Below, piece by piece: positions 38,417 through 48,403 of a DNA stretch of 64,000 nucleotides. A program made the translations under genes and the position numbers. Source of the stretch: a virus (Duplodnaviria > Caudoviricetes); IMG/VR virus record IMGVR_UViG_2770939519_000001, positions 1 through 64,000 of that record. One strand, given 5' to 3'. The notes under the pieces were generated by a model. The model worked only from the letters and a program-made list of their open reading frames with translations. It was not told where the DNA came from and searched no databases. The first letter of the stretch is position 1. The number at the start of each line of letters is the position of its first letter.

Positions 38417-38437
38417 TGGCCGAGGACCGGAGCCGCG

Positions 38438-40159
38438 ATGCCGGTTGAAGTCGTCAAGCCTCGCCGTTCCTCGCGCAGTTGTTCGCTGGGTTGGCTGGCG
38501 ATCAATTGGATCGAGAGTTTGGTTGTGCACGGCGCGGGTGACGTGGTCGGTATGCCGGTGGAGCTGATCGATGATCAGGCCGCGTTTCTGCTCGACACGT
38601 ATGCCCTTGCCGCGCCCGGTGAGCCGGATGAGGGTCGACGCTTGGTCGACGAGGTGTTGATGCTGGCTCCCAAGGGTGCGGACAAGTCCGGTCTCGCCGC
38701 GCGAATGCTGATGTGGGAGGCCATCGGGCCGTCGCGATTCGACGGGTGGGCCAAGGGTGGTGAGGTCTATCGGGATCCGTGGGGCCTCGGCTTCGAATAC
38801 GAATTCCAGCCGGGTGAGCCGCTCGGGCGTCCGGTGGACAATCCGTTCATCCGGTGCCTGGCGACGGCGGCGGATCAGTCGTCGAATACCTATGAATCCA
38901 TCCTGTACAACTTCCGTGACGGTCCACTGTCGGAGGCGATGCGTCGCCGGGACAATGCCGGTATCACGCGGATCGTGCTGCCCGAGGGCGGGGAGATCAT
39001 CCCGTCGACCGCGTCGGGCTCGTCGAAGGATGGTGGCCGCGAGACCGCGGCGAATGCGGACGAGACCCATCTGTATGTGCTGCCCGAGTTGAAGAATATG
39101 TTCCGGGTGGTGAACCGCAATCTGCGCAAGCGTGCGAAATTCGCTGAGCCGCTGATGATTGCGACGTCGACCTACTACGATCCCGCCGACGGGTCGATCT
39201 GTCAGGAGCAGCACGAGCTGGCGCTGAAGATCCGGGCGGGAAAGGTCAAGAACGACCGGTTGCTGCTGCACTATCGGTACGGCGATATCGAGCCCGCCGA
39301 TCTGGGCGATACTCCGAAGCTGCGCGCGGCGCTGGCGGAGGCCTATGGCGGCGCGGCGAAGTGGATGGATCTGGATGCGCTGGTCACCGAGGTGCAGGAT
39401 CCGCGTAATCCGGTCGAGGCGTCGTATCGGTACTTTCTGAATTCACCGTCGACGGCGTCGAATGCGTGGTTGTCGCCCTGGGAATGGGCGCGCTGCGGAC
39501 CGATCGACGATGATCTCGACACGCACCGGCGGATCGAGCCGGGTGATGTGATCGTGCTGGGTTTCGACGGTTCTCGTAAACGCAAGCGCGGCATTACCGA
39601 TTCGACGGCTCTGATCGGTTGTCGGGTGTCGGACGGTTGTTTGTTCGAGGTCAAGGTGTGGGAGCAGCCGCCGGGGCATCATCCCGATGGCTGGGAGGTC
39701 GATACGACCGCGGTCGACGCGGCGGTCGAGCAGGCGTTTCGCACCTACAACGTCGTCGGTTTCTACGCCGATCCGGCGCTGTGGGAAACCTATGTAGCCA
39801 AGTGGGAGGCGAAGTACGGGGCGAGATTGCTGGTGAAGTCCACGCAGCCGCATCCGATCGAATGGTGGATGACCGGCGCGCGGGCATTCAAAACCGTTGA
39901 GGCGCTGCGCAAGTTCCAGGACGCGGTGCTCGATGGCGAGCTGTGTCACGACGGTTCGCCGATCCTTACCCAGCATGTACTCAATGCGCGGCGGTTCGCT
40001 TCCACCAAGGGTGTGCAGATTCGCAAGGAGCATCCGGATTCGGCGAACAAGATCGATGCCGCCGTCGCGGCCACGCTGGCGTGGCAGGCCCGGCTCGACG
40101 CGGTCGCCAAGGGTATCGGCGGGAAGAAGCGCAAACGGATCGCGGTTCGAGTCCGCTAG
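38438..40159 (+). CDS. Terminase large subunit
   Basis: PKGADKS Walker A-like, ADETH Walker B, LGFDGS, DSTAL, KIDAAVA nuclease motifs. Confidence 0.93.
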   Translation: MPVEVVKPRRSSRSCSLGWLAINWIESLVVHGAGDVVGMPVELIDDQAAFLLDTYALAAPGEPDEGRRLVDEVLMLAPKGADKSGLAARMLMWEAIGPSRFDGWAKGGEVYRDPWGLGFEYEFQPGEPLGRPVDNPFIRCLATAADQSSNTYESILYNFRDGPLSEAMRRRDNAGITRIVLPEGGEIIPSTASGSSKDGGRETAANADETHLYVLPELKNMFRVVNRNLRKRAKFAEPLMIATSTYYDPADGSICQEQHELALKIRAGKVKNDRLLLHYRYGDIEPADLGDTPKLRAALAEAYGGAAKWMDLDALVTEVQDPRNPVEASYRYFLNSPSTASNAWLSPWEWARCGPIDDDLDTHRRIEPGDVIVLGFDGSRKRKRGITDSTALIGCRVSDGCLFEVKVWEQPPGHHPDGWEVDTTAVDAAVEQAFRTYNVVGFYADPALWETYVAKWEAKYGARLLVKSTQPHPIEWWMTGARAFKTVEALRKFQDAVLDGELCHDGSPILTQHVLNARRFASTKGVQIRKEHPDSANKIDAAVAATLAWQARLDAVAKGIGGKKRKRIAVRVR

Positions 40160-40179
40160 AGCGAAAGAACAACTGAACA

Positions 40180-41697
40180 ATGGCTGGTCAGCAGCAGAAA
40201 CAGCAGCCGCCCGAGTGGTGGTTCGAGTATTTGATGAAGCGGTTCAACGAGAAGCTGGAGCGTAAGCCGCGGGTTGTGACCTCCCATACGCCCACGACGC
40301 GGCGGGAACGGTTGGCGCTGCTGTGGTCGTATTACATCGGCGACGCGCCGTTGCCGTACATCAATGAGAAGTATCGCGAGACGTTCCGGGAGCTACTGCG
40401 TAAGGCGCGCCCCAATTACGCGATGATGGCGATCGACGCGATGGCCGATCGTTCGGTGCTCAAGGGCATCTACACCGATCCGGACAAGGATCTGGACGGC
40501 GACGATATCGCGCGCAATGTGATGAATGTGTCGGGTTTCGCCGCGCTGCAACGGGATATGCAGACCTACCTGTACACGCTGGGTGAAAGCTACGTCACCA
40601 TCGTGCCGCCGCTGCCGGGCGCCGCGGCGGGGTCGGTGCCGATGCTGCTGGCCGAGGATCCGCGGTTCTGTGTGGGTGAGGTGGATCCGTTGAATCCGCG
40701 GCATCTGGTCGCATTCGTGAAGGTGTTCAACGACAAGATCAATAATCGGCAGCAGGCGATTCTGTTCGTCCCGGGGCAGCAGCACACCTTCGTCCGCGAG
40801 CCCGGCCAGTTCACCGAGCAGTTCACCCTCGACCAGTGGACCAAGACCGATTCGGCGAGCCTGTCCGGGCTGGACGATTTCGGCGGCGTGCCGGTGGTGA
40901 AGTTCACCAACAAGATGGGGCTGGGGGAGTTCGAACCGTATATCGATCTGCTGGATCGCATCTCCGACGGCATTCTGAACCGGATGGTCATCACCTGGTA
41001 TCAGTCCTTCAAGCAGCGGGCCATCAAAGGCGATCTGGATGGCGGCGCGGATTTCAGCGACGATTCCGATTCGCTGATCAGAGATCTGTCCGACGCGCAT
41101 CTGTCGGATGTATTCGAGGCCGATCCGGGCAGTCTGTGGATTGTGCCGCCGGATGTGGAGTTCTGGGAATCCAGTGCCACCGATCTGCAGCCGCTGCTGC
41201 TGGCGGTGCGTGATGACGTAAAGGAATTCGCCTCGTGCACAAGGATTCCCATGCACATGATGGCTCCGGATGGCGCCAATCAGACCGCCGAGGGTGCGGC
41301 GATGGCCCGCGAGGGGTTGACCGACAAGATCGAGGATCGGCAGAGCCGTCAGGACCCGCAGTGGATTCTGCTGTGGCAGATGGTGTTCGGGTTGTCCGGA
41401 CAGGCGGGGCGGACGGCGAATGTGCGGATCCAGTGGGGGCCGACCGAACGGGTTCCGATGGCGTCGCGGACCGATGCGGCGAGTAAGACGCGTGGGATTC
41501 TGTCGCGCAAGCGGCAGGTGGTGGACATTCTGGGCTTCGACCCGGTGGTCGCGAAGTTGAACGAGACCGAACTGCTGGAAGAGGCCATGGCCTCCGAATC
41601 CGCCGCGTCGCCGCTGCCCGATCTGTCGGCCGGTGCCGCGCCGACCGTGGAGAATCCGGGGGCCGAGGACGAGCAGACGGTGGAGACGGCCCGATGA
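40180..41697 (+). CDS. Portal protein (SPP1 gp6-like)
   Basis: 505 aa; follows TerL; GVPVVKFTNKMGLGEFEP..DLLDRI, SFKQRAI. Confidence 0.9.
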   Translation: MAGQQQKQQPPEWWFEYLMKRFNEKLERKPRVVTSHTPTTRRERLALLWSYYIGDAPLPYINEKYRETFRELLRKARPNYAMMAIDAMADRSVLKGIYTDPDKDLDGDDIARNVMNVSGFAALQRDMQTYLYTLGESYVTIVPPLPGAAAGSVPMLLAEDPRFCVGEVDPLNPRHLVAFVKVFNDKINNRQQAILFVPGQQHTFVREPGQFTEQFTLDQWTKTDSASLSGLDDFGGVPVVKFTNKMGLGEFEPYIDLLDRISDGILNRMVITWYQSFKQRAIKGDLDGGADFSDDSDSLIRDLSDAHLSDVFEADPGSLWIVPPDVEFWESSATDLQPLLLAVRDDVKEFASCTRIPMHMMAPDGANQTAEGAAMAREGLTDKIEDRQSRQDPQWILLWQMVFGLSGQAGRTANVRIQWGPTERVPMASRTDAASKTRGILSRKRQVVDILGFDPVVAKLNETELLEEAMASESAASPLPDLSAGAAPTVENPGAEDEQTVETAR

Positions 41698-42014
41698 TCT
41701 CCGACGGCCACCACACCTTCGCCGAGCTCTACGAATACCGAATGCTGTACAACGCGCTGCTGTTCAACGAATGGGCGGCCACGGGCAGCCACGATGTGCA
41801 CAAGAGTCTGCGCCACAGCGACGGCGAATTATGTCTGGGCGGTGGCTGGTTCATTGTCGTGGCCACCTTGCCGGGCGGCCAGATCAGCAACCACTACCCC
41901 GTCGAGCATTGGGGCAAGTTCCGAATCCCGCCGCGGGATGTGGCCGCCGAATGGGACGGGCACACCTGCGGCGACGCGGCCGCGCGAATGACCCGACTGC
42001 TGACGGCGGCGTGA
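41694..42014 (+). CDS. Small phage protein with WDGH motif
   Basis: DGHHTFAELY...QISNHY...EWDGHT; overlaps both neighbours. Confidence 0.7.
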   Translation: MISDGHHTFAELYEYRMLYNALLFNEWAATGSHDVHKSLRHSDGELCLGGGWFIVVATLPGGQISNHYPVEHWGKFRIPPRDVAAEWDGHTCGDAAARMTRLLTAA

Positions 42015-43033
42015 TGCTGGCGGGTCTGCTGCTGTCGCATTCGCGACGCAGACATCTGCTCCTGTTGGACGCGCAGGATCGGGTTCAGGCGCGCTGGCGA
42101 ATGACCGATCCGTCCGACGGCTTCGCGGTAGAAGCATTTTCGCACGACGCCGCGCGAGTATCGATCGCGACTCAACGCCGCGCGGTCTCGCTGGTGTCGG
42201 CGGTCCAGCGCCGCTACCTGCACGAAATGGGTACCGAAATAGGCGATTTCATACCCGAGGTGCCCGACGAGGTACGCCTGTACTCCACCACCCGACCCTA
42301 CCGATACGCCGAGCCGAGACTGGTTCGCACGAGTGCCGGTGTGTCACAGCGCCTGCCGGTGACCGAGGTATGGAACCGGCCGGCGCGGCGCTACCGGCGG
42401 ATGCTGGAGGATGGCCGCGACCCGAACGAAGCTCTGGACGTCACCGCCGCCCGTGTGAAAATGGAACTGGCTATGAACGTCGCCCTAGCAGAGCGGGAGG
42501 CGGAATCGCAGATCATCGGTCGTGCGGGCAGGGTCGATCCGGAGGTGATCGGCTGGCGGCGAGTAATTCGCCCCGAGCTCGCCAGGACCGGGAGTTGCGG
42601 ATTGTGCGTCGCCGCGTCGGATCGGATCTATCGAACCGACGAGTTGAAGCCGCTGCACACCGGGTGCAACTGCGCCGTGCTGCCGGTGAAGCACGGTTCG
42701 GATCCGGGGCGCTCGCTCAATCGCGAGGACCTCGACCGGATCTACGGCGATGCGGGCGGTACGGCGGCAGAACTGTTGCACCGCACCAAATATCGCGTCG
42801 ACGAGCACGGCGAACTGCAGGCGCTGCTGGTACCCGTCCGCCGCGGCGAACCGGTGCCACGGTTGCGAGGCGCGATCGCCGACGACGCGACGCCGAATAC
42901 GCACAGGCAGTTGTCGATCATGCGGAAACTGCTGGCGGCGACGCAGCGCGAGGGGCTGGCCGCCGATGATCCGCGGCTGTTGTGGCAGCGGGGGCAGGTG
43001 CGGCGCTATGAGCGCATCGTATCGGCGGCGTAG
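42014..43033 (+). CDS. Head morphogenesis (MuF-like/capsid maturation) protein
   Basis: GWRRVI...SCGLCVAASDRIY...PLHTGCNCAVLP. Confidence 0.75.
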   Translation: MLAGLLLSHSRRRHLLLLDAQDRVQARWRMTDPSDGFAVEAFSHDAARVSIATQRRAVSLVSAVQRRYLHEMGTEIGDFIPEVPDEVRLYSTTRPYRYAEPRLVRTSAGVSQRLPVTEVWNRPARRYRRMLEDGRDPNEALDVTAARVKMELAMNVALAEREAESQIIGRAGRVDPEVIGWRRVIRPELARTGSCGLCVAASDRIYRTDELKPLHTGCNCAVLPVKHGSDPGRSLNREDLDRIYGDAGGTAAELLHRTKYRVDEHGELQALLVPVRRGEPVPRLRGAIADDATPNTHRQLSIMRKLLAATQREGLAADDPRLLWQRGQVRRYERIVSAA

Positions 43034-43140
43034 AGACTTCCCACCCCGATTCGGGGGCGGACGAGCAGGGCCGAACCCGGCATGGGCGAGACCTGACTGA
43101 AATACCGAATTCATTACCCGGCAAGGGATCACAACTGACT

Positions 43141-43791
43141 ATGAGCAACCAGCACGCCGCAATCGAGGACACCGTCACCGAGGCCGAGGATTTCGTCGAC
43201 GGCGACGAGGCCACCGACGCCGCGGGGGAGCAGGAGCTGAACCGCTACGGCTACCCCGACGCCACCCCGTTGACCGAGATGAGCATCGAACAGCAGGCGG
43301 CGTACTGGAAGCACAAGGCGCGCGTGCACGAACAGCGGTCCAAGTCCAAGCAGGCCGGTCACACCCCCGAAGAGGTGCAGGCCCTGCGTGAGGAGCTCGA
43401 AGCGCTGCGCAGCGCACAGCTGTCGGAATCCGAACGCGCACACGCCGACGCGGTCGAAACGGCCCGCATCGCCGGTCGCGATGAGGCCCGCGCGCAGCTG
43501 ATGCCGCTGGTTCAGGAGGCGCAGCTGCGCGGTTACGCCTCCACCGTGATCAAGGGCGCCCGCCTGGACGGCTGGGTCGCGACGGTCAACGTGACCGCGT
43601 TCTGCGCCGAGGACGGCAGTGTCGACGGCGCGAAGGTGGTCGAACACCTGCGGACCCAGTACGGCGAGGAACCCGCGACGCCGAGCACCTACCCGAACTT
43701 CGGGCAGGGATCGTCCGGCGCGCATCCGGAGAAGTCGACCAAGTCCGACGGCCTGGCCGAGGCGCGACGCCGATTCACCAAGGCCGCCTAA
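43141..43791 (+). CDS. Scaffolding protein
   Basis: Acidic N-terminus; QQAAYWKHKARVHE coiled coil; position before the head genes. Confidence 0.8.
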   Translation: MSNQHAAIEDTVTEAEDFVDGDEATDAAGEQELNRYGYPDATPLTEMSIEQQAAYWKHKARVHEQRSKSKQAGHTPEEVQALREELEALRSAQLSESERAHADAVETARIAGRDEARAQLMPLVQEAQLRGYASTVIKGARLDGWVATVNVTAFCAEDGSVDGAKVVEHLRTQYGEEPATPSTYPNFGQGSSGAHPEKSTKSDGLAEARRRFTKAA

Positions 43792-43806
43792 CTGTTTGGA
43801 GCATCC

Positions 43807-44202
43807 ATGAGCAATATCGCAACCCGCGTCACCGGCACCTACAGCGGTGATTCGCGGGCATTCGTCTACGCCGACGTCTCCGGCCAGCCCGGGCGCGCGT
43901 CGGTGACGCTGGATATGAGCAAGTTCACCGCGGCCCAGCTGGCCGCCGGCTCGCTGCCCTCGGGCATCGTGCTGGGCAAGATCGACGCCACCGGCCTGTA
44001 CGGGCCCTACGATCCCGCCGCGACCGACGGCCGCAAGGTTCCGGCCGGATTCCTGTGGAATGCGTTCACCCCCACGGGAACTCAGGAGGCCGCGCCGCTG
44101 TGGTTCGGCCCGGGTGCGATCAAGGAGAGCAAGCTGCCGACCGGCTCGGGCCTGGATGCGGGGGCGAAGACCGCGCTCGGCGCCTGGTTCAAGTTCTTCT
44201 GA
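43807..44202 (+). CDS. Head decoration protein
   Basis: SGIVLGKIDATGLYGPYDPAATDGR pattern; between scaffold and capsid. Confidence 0.8.
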   Translation: MSNIATRVTGTYSGDSRAFVYADVSGQPGRASVTLDMSKFTAAQLAAGSLPSGIVLGKIDATGLYGPYDPAATDGRKVPAGFLWNAFTPTGTQEAAPLWFGPGAIKESKLPTGSGLDAGAKTALGAWFKFF

Positions 44203-44255
44203 ACCGAATCCGCTTCTCCCACCATCGAATTGACAACTGAATACAGAGGCCACGA

Positions 44256-45290
44256 ATGACTCTAGTCTTCGACGCCCCGGTCCATCCGGACTCGGCGACC
44301 GTCTTTGCCCGTGAAGTGCCGCTGCCCGCCGACCACAAGCTGGTCAACTTCCTGCCCGATGTGCTCGTGCAGGAACAGACCGTCCGGCTGGTCAACGCCA
44401 CCCGCGTCAACCGCACCGCGTCGTTCCGCTCCTTCGACGGCAATATCCCGCAGCTCGAGCGCGATTACGTCGATACCCGCGAGGTGGACCTGCTGCCCAT
44501 CAGCGTGCAGGGCATGAAGGGCGAACTCGAGCGGTTGCAGCTCGAACGCGCCCGGCAGAAGGGCGGTTCGCTGGCGGCGATCACCACCGCCATCTACGAC
44601 GACATCACCCTGGCGGTCCGCGCGATCCGCAACCGCATCGAGGTGGCCCGCGGGGAGCTGCTGCACTCGGGCAAGATCCAGCTCAATGGCGAGAACGGCC
44701 TGTATTTGAACGCCGATTTCGGTGTTCCCGCAGACCATTTCGTCACCGCGGCCAAGCCGTGGTCGGATCCGGCCGCGACCATCGTGTCGGATCTGGCGGC
44801 CTGGGTCGACAAGTACACCCAGGACACCGGTTACGCGCCGGGCGGCATGATCATCAGCCGCAAGACCGCGTCGCTGCTGCAGCGCAACGCCGAATTCCGC
44901 ACCTACGCGGCCAGTCTTGCGGGCACCCCGCAGCTGGTGTCGCGCAGCATGGTGAACAACATCCTCGACGACTTCAACCTCCCGGCCATCGCCGAGGTCT
45001 ACGACACGGTCATCCGCGTCGACGGGGTCGACAAGCGCGTGATCCCCGAGGGCAAGGTCATCTTCGTGCCCCCGACCAACACGCTCGGCTCGGTGAAGTG
45101 GGGTATCACCGCCACCGCGCTCGAGCTGGTCAATGCCGCGCAGTCGGATATGAGCTTCGCCGACGCGCCGGGCCTGACGGGGGTGGTGGTCAAGAGCGGC
45201 CCGCCGTTCAAGGAGACCACCGTGGTCGACGCGCTGTGCCTGCCGGTCCTCGAGGACCCCAAGGCGCTGTTCGTCGCCACCATCGGCTGA
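44256..45290 (+). CDS. Major capsid protein (lambda gpE-like family)
   Basis: 344 aa; RIEVARGELLHSGKI, DFGVPADH, AKPWSD, IPEGKVIF. Confidence 0.88.
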   Translation: MTLVFDAPVHPDSATVFAREVPLPADHKLVNFLPDVLVQEQTVRLVNATRVNRTASFRSFDGNIPQLERDYVDTREVDLLPISVQGMKGELERLQLERARQKGGSLAAITTAIYDDITLAVRAIRNRIEVARGELLHSGKIQLNGENGLYLNADFGVPADHFVTAAKPWSDPAATIVSDLAAWVDKYTQDTGYAPGGMIISRKTASLLQRNAEFRTYAASLAGTPQLVSRSMVNNILDDFNLPAIAEVYDTVIRVDGVDKRVIPEGKVIFVPPTNTLGSVKWGITATALELVNAAQSDMSFADAPGLTGVVVKSGPPFKETTVVDALCLPVLEDPKALFVATIG

Positions 45291-45301
45291 TCGGCAGCGC
45301 A

Positions 45302-45511
45302 GTGGCACAACTGATTTCGTATGTCTGCGTGCGCGACGCGGACGGCGCGGACCAATGGTTCGGGCCCGGCGACGCGGTGCCGGAGTGGGCGGTCGCGCAG
45401 ATCGCCAACCCCGCCGCCTGGGATGGCGCTGTGGCATCCGCTGCCGCAGAACAGGAAGCGGGTTCCGGGCCGAAACGTCGTCCCCGCAAAGCCGCCACCG
45501 AGGGGGCCTAG
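45302..45511 (+). CDS. Small head-associated protein
   Basis: WFGPGDAVPEWAVAQIANPAAW plus basic tail; post-capsid position. Confidence 0.65.
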   Translation: MAQLISYVCVRDADGADQWFGPGDAVPEWAVAQIANPAAWDGAVASAAAEQEAGSGPKRRPRKAATEGA

Positions 45512-45514
45512 CCG

Positions 45515-45898
45515 GTGGGTGTGTTCGCCACGCGTGCGGATCTGCTCGCCTCCTACGAAGGTGAGCTGACCGAACGCCAGATCGTCTGGGCGGAAACCAA
45601 GATCGTCGAGGCCGAGGCGCTGCTGATGACGCAGGTACCGCGGCTGGCCGTCGATCCGGCGACCCTGCCCGCGCTGGTGAAGGCCAACGCCACCCGCGCG
45701 GTCTGCGCGGCCGTGCTGCGCGTGGTGCGCAACCCCGCCGGTGTCGCCTACCAGGCCGCCGGCGGGTACACCACGCGACTGTCCGACAAGGCGTCGACCG
45801 GCGAATTGTTCTTCACCCCAGAGGAACTCGCGCCGCTGCGCAAACGCCGCCGCCGCTACGGAGTCGTAGGAATCGCGCCGGTGCGGTGGTCGGCATGA
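45515..45898 (+). CDS. Head-to-tail adaptor
   Basis: FATRADL, VLRVVRNPAG, GELFFTPEEL. Confidence 0.8.
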   Translation: MGVFATRADLLASYEGELTERQIVWAETKIVEAEALLMTQVPRLAVDPATLPALVKANATRAVCAAVLRVVRNPAGVAYQAAGGYTTRLSDKASTGELFFTPEELAPLRKRRRRYGVVGIAPVRWSA

Positions 45899-46245
45899 TG
45901 CTGCCCACTCCACACGGCGAGACCGTGACCGTGTGGCGGCGTCCGGCCCGCGACCGGTTCGGCGACACCTCCTACGTCGAGCACCACGAAATCCGCTGTG
46001 CCGTCATTGATTTCGGCGACCAGGACGAACCCAACGCCAACGGCGTCGCGACCTCGAACCGGGAAATGGCCCGCTACGACGCGACGGCGTACGTGCCCGT
46101 CGGATCCGACGTGCTGGCGAACGACCTGATCGAGCTGGCCGACGGGGAGAAATACCACGTCATCGGGCGGCCGCAGCGGCCCAAGCATCCGGTGACGGGA
46201 TGGACACCCGGGGTGATCGTCCGGTTGCGGCGGATCGAGGGATAG
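45895..46245 (+). CDS. Head-to-tail stopper/closure protein
   Basis: ETVTVWRR..RDRFGD, YHVIGRP; synteny. Confidence 0.7.
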   Translation: MMLPTPHGETVTVWRRPARDRFGDTSYVEHHEIRCAVIDFGDQDEPNANGVATSNREMARYDATAYVPVGSDVLANDLIELADGEKYHVIGRPQRPKHPVTGWTPGVIVRLRRIEG

Positions 46246-46253
46246 AGGCACCG

Positions 46254-46718
46254 ATGATGTACCGCTTCGGCGCGCTGGTCTGGTACGGCGAGCAGGACCG
46301 CGCCCCCTCGGGCGCTCCGACCAACCCCGCGCTGGCCACGGTCGCCAGTAGTCCGCACATGGCCGCGGGCCTGTACGGCATCGCGCGCGAGGCCAGAGCG
46401 CTGTGGGCCGCTCGCGTCCCGCACCGGACCGGGAACCTGGCCAGCTCCACCAGCATCTACCCCGAACCGCTGAAAACCGTCGGTTCCGACGGCCGCCGCA
46501 TCGCGGTCTCGTTCGACGCCCGCGCCGACTACGCCGCGGCGGTCGAATTCGGTCGCAAAAACCTTGCCACCCACGGCAATCGACGCCCGCCGGTGCGGAC
46601 CCGTGTCAAACCCGGCCAGTTCCCGCCCCGCGTGGGCGGCCGCCACGTCCTCGGCGGCGACAACCGGCGGCTGCGATCGGTGGTCACCGATATCGAGCGC
46701 CTGTACGGCGGTCGATGA
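46254..46718 (+). CDS. Neck protein (HK97 gp10-like)
   Basis: RVPHRTGNLASS, DYAAAVEFG. Confidence 0.65.
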   Translation: MMYRFGALVWYGEQDRAPSGAPTNPALATVASSPHMAAGLYGIAREARALWAARVPHRTGNLASSTSIYPEPLKTVGSDGRRIAVSFDARADYAAAVEFGRKNLATHGNRRPPVRTRVKPGQFPPRVGGRHVLGGDNRRLRSVVTDIERLYGGR

Positions 46719-47098
46719 TGGCCACCTTCCCCGACGCCGAAATCGTCCTGCTGGCCCTGCTCGACGACCTGGGCTGGACGTGCACCGCGCTGCCCGACCC
46801 CGCCGAATGGCCCACACTCATGCCGATCATCGCCGTGAACCGCATCGGCGGCGGCTGCCGCGACGGCATCACCGATCGCGCGCTGATGTCGGTGGTCGTC
46901 GTCGCCGACACCCGCGCCAAGGCCTGGGCCAGCGCGCACAGGGTCCGCGAACGCATCCTGTCCGCCGGGGCGACCAAGGCCGGTGGCGTGCTGATCGACT
47001 ACACCGACGAGGAAGTCGGCAACACCCAGGAACCGGACCTGAACAGCGACAACAGATTCGTCGAATCCACCTATTGGATCAGCTTCCGCGCCCGGTAG
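46715..47098 (+). CDS. Tail terminator protein
   Basis: FPDAE..LL, IAVNRIGG; synteny. Confidence 0.75.
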   Translation: MMATFPDAEIVLLALLDDLGWTCTALPDPAEWPTLMPIIAVNRIGGGCRDGITDRALMSVVVVADTRAKAWASAHRVRERILSAGATKAGGVLIDYTDEEVGNTQEPDLNSDNRFVESTYWISFRAR

Positions 47099-47104
47099 AG
47101 ACCC

Positions 47105-47470
47105 GTGATCACACAACTTCATACCTGCACCGGCTGCCGGAAAGCCCGGCCCGCCAACGAGTTCCACCGTAATGCGAGCAAACGCGACGGTATCGAACGG
47201 CGCTGCCGCGACTGCGCCGCCGATCGTAAACTTCAGGGCCGCTACGGCATAACGCGCGACGGCTATCGGCGACTGTTCGCCGATCAGGGCGGCGTGTGCG
47301 CGATCTGCGCCGAACCCGCCGAGGACGTGCCGCTGGTCGTCGACCACCAGCACGGCAGCGGTCAGGTGCGCGGACTGCTGTGCCACGGCTGCAATACCGG
47401 CATCGGACTGCTCAAAGACAATCCGGCGACGCTGTTGCGCGCCGCCGCCTACCTCGGAATACACAACTGA
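47105..47470 (+). CDS. Endonuclease VII-family (homing-type) nuclease
   Basis: CTGC...CRDC, YGIT...QGGVCAIC, VDHQH..GQVRGLLCHGCNTGIG. Confidence 0.88.
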   Translation: MITQLHTCTGCRKARPANEFHRNASKRDGIERRCRDCAADRKLQGRYGITRDGYRRLFADQGGVCAICAEPAEDVPLVVDHQHGSGQVRGLLCHGCNTGIGLLKDNPATLLRAAAYLGIHN

Positions 47471-47485
47471 AAAGGGAGTCACCCC

Positions 47486-48148
47486 ATGGTGGATACCGCC
47501 GCCCTGCGCAATCTTCAGCAGAGCCTGATCCGCAAGCCCCTCGCCGGCGCTGTCCTGCTGGCCCCGCTGTCGACGAATCTGCCCGCCGCGTTCACCGCCG
47601 GTGAGACCGCCGATCTGATCGACCTCAAGACCACCGGCTTCACCTCGCTGGGCCACGTCGCCAAGGACGGCGCTCCGGCGTTCACGCCCGAGACCGAGAC
47701 CTCCGAGGTGGAGAGCTGGGGGCTACTGGAATCCGCGCGCACCGATATCACCAAGCGCAACACCAAGATCACCTGGACCGGGCAGGAAACCCACAAGGCG
47801 AATCTGGAGCTGTACCACAACCGGGACCTGTCGACGGTCACCTACGACAAGGTCACCGGCGAGACCTCCTTCGCCGACCCGACCGAACCGTCGCTCATGT
47901 ACCACCGCGCGCTGTTCGTCGGCATCGACGGCGCGGGCGCGGACACCATCTACGTGATCAAGGTCGTGCCGAAGCTGACCATCGTCGAGGTCGCCGAACA
48001 GTCCTGGAAGCAGGACGAGGCGCTGTCCTACCAGTTCACCGCCCGCGCGAAGCTGGACGACAAGCTGGGTTACGCGATCAAGACCGTCTTCGGCGGCCCG
48101 GGCTGGAAGAAGATCGCCGCGGCCGCGGGCTTCTCCGCCTCGGTCTGA
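47486..48148 (+). CDS. Major tail protein
   Basis: 220 aa; FTSLGHVAKDG, EVESWG, RTDIT; AGGGAG RBS. Confidence 0.88.
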   Translation: MVDTAALRNLQQSLIRKPLAGAVLLAPLSTNLPAAFTAGETADLIDLKTTGFTSLGHVAKDGAPAFTPETETSEVESWGLLESARTDITKRNTKITWTGQETHKANLELYHNRDLSTVTYDKVTGETSFADPTEPSLMYHRALFVGIDGAGADTIYVIKVVPKLTIVEVAEQSWKQDEALSYQFTARAKLDDKLGYAIKTVFGGPGWKKIAAAAGFSASV

Positions 48149-48174
48149 CCCAACCCGCCGAAAGGTTTTCGCAT

Positions 48175-48366
48175 ATGTCCGCCACCATCATGATCTCGCC
48201 CGACAACGTCGAGGTCACCGCGCACAGCGCCGCCGAGATCAATAATCTGGCGTGCTCGGGCTATGTCCGCAAGAGTGGTACCAGCGCGGTCGCCCAGCCC
48301 GTCGAGGCCGACACCGAATCCGGTGACCGCAAGCCCAAGCCCGTCCTCCGCCCTGCCGGAAAGTAA
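48175..48366 (+). CDS. Small tail-region protein
   Basis: 63 aa; ISPDNVEV...EINNL..SGY. Confidence 0.55.
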   Translation: MSATIMISPDNVEVTAHSAAEINNLACSGYVRKSGTSAVAQPVEADTESGDRKPKPVLRPAGK

Positions 48367-48403
48367 CGGGCGCAACACAACTCAATACCGGGAGTCGAGC
48401 ACC

